A stretch of 63,467 bases of DNA, counting the filler, from Folioceros fuciformis (taxonomy: Eukaryota), in NCBI GenBank assembly GCA_049999805.1. It is 16 parts of 16 records of this genome, joined end to end, with 100 filler letters (N's around TTAATTAATTAA, not from the genome) between each part and the next. Parts side by side here need not be neighbours in the genome. Positions count along the whole stretch, not along the records: positions 61,260 to 63,467 come from JBNGIO010003742.1; 15 more parts are not named here. The stretch is one strand, 5' to 3'. Below the pieces are notes generated by a model, which made no database searches, was not told the origin of the DNA, and saw nothing but the letters and a program-made list of their open reading frames with translations. Both the position numbers and the translations under genes were made by a program. Below, in pieces: positions 62,336 through 63,467 of this stretch; the stretch's first letter is position 1, and the number at the start of each line of letters is the position of its first letter.

Positions 62336-63467
62336 TTCGGCTCCTACCATGGTCTCTAGGTTCAATGGCTAGACTTTGTATGTATCATTGCCTAGGTGAG
62401 CCATGGACCTTTGAAGCTCTATTTGCTAAGGTCCCCATCGTCGCTTCTATGCAACTTAATAGAAGAGCTTTCTCAAGCCTCACAATGAATTTAGTTCTTA
62501 TATATTTATAGAAATTAAATTTTATTGTCTTCTATTTTCACATAGGTTTAGAAAAAGGAAGAAAATCATGTAGANNNNNNNNNNNNNNNNNNNNNNNNNN
62601 NNNNNNNNNNNNNNNNNNNNNNNNNNNNNNNNNNNNNNNNNNNNNNNNNNNNNNNNNNNNNNNNNNNNNNNNNNGAAACGGCATTGTCACAAACCAAACG
62701 AACGTTTTGTATATTTTATTTTTTTGTTGCCCAAAGTTTCAGCCTTTAGCGTACACAATTCTTTTAAATTATACTTGGTTAGCCGGAAGAATTTATCCAA
62801 GAAGAAATATCATCTCAGCTGATATGATTTGAAATCACAAAACTATCAGAAAATTTTCCTCATATATAAGAACACCAGAAGATACTTTTGTGCATAATAA
62901 AGCTGATAAAAAAATATAATTAAAAATAATTCAGGAGAACGGGGTGCAATATAATTAAAGAGGGGTCGCGGGCCATTAACGTGTGTGCCGTTCCATTGAA
63001 CAGGCGTCCCATTCCCCTCCCCTTGGTGAAACGACAACTTAAGTTGTCGTTTCGACAAAAGGGCACCGTTTCGGCCAAGTGCGCTGTTCCTCATGTGTGC
63101 AGACCCGGTGGGTGAGGGGCCGCTAGAAATCGCCAGAGCGATCTGTCGCTGCGACAGGGGAGGCTCACCACCATCCTTGGGCGCCCTAGTAGCCTTTCCT
63201 CCCTGAGTGAATTCAGCCACAAATTGTCGGATAGCACGTCCTCAAGACATCACTCTTCTATTTGGGCTTCCTAGCCCCGATTCAGGCTTCAATCCACAAA
63301 TTTTGTTCTTCTAACAGACCTAAGACTAATCAGAAGAGAATGCCTCCACTAAGCGCTCATCCCTGGCATGAATTTCTGAGAACGGGAGAGCAGCACCTCT
63401 GATCTGTGAGGCCGAAGATTATAGCGGCTTCAATATTGTCTATTATATGTAGGTCTGCATAGTATTG

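Overview
Eukaryotic, land-plant draft DNA. The window is not contiguous: 15 artificial 100-nt linkers (44 N + TTAATTAATTAA + 44 N) join 16 short scaffolds, many of which also have internal N gaps. Most of the sequence is nested retrotransposon: several Ty1/copia families (one Tnt1/Tork-like family recurs in 7 scaffolds), L1-type LINE ORF2 relics, a Ty3/gypsy integrase scrap and fragments of several large LTR families. One scaffold (40385-48195) holds a compact head-to-head gene pair: a 10-exon Tim44-domain (mL45/At5g27395-like) mitochondrial gene on the minus strand and a 2-exon TAF9 on the plus strand. Another scaffold may hold the first coding exon of a TIME FOR COFFEE-like gene. Highlights: (1) a complete, TSD-flanked 4.05-kb copia whose Gag is fused in frame to RT-RNaseH with no protease or integrase, and whose LTRs run TG..TA; (2) removing that insertion restores an antisense ORF ending in CxxC-x6-CxxC inside the host copia; (3) a copia LTR family with apparent AG..CT termini; (4) a duplicated N-terminal presequence motif in the Tim44-domain gene that differs mostly at synonymous sites; (5) a 2-kb scaffold with an extreme fungal RIP signature. 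All calls were made by eye, with no database searches.
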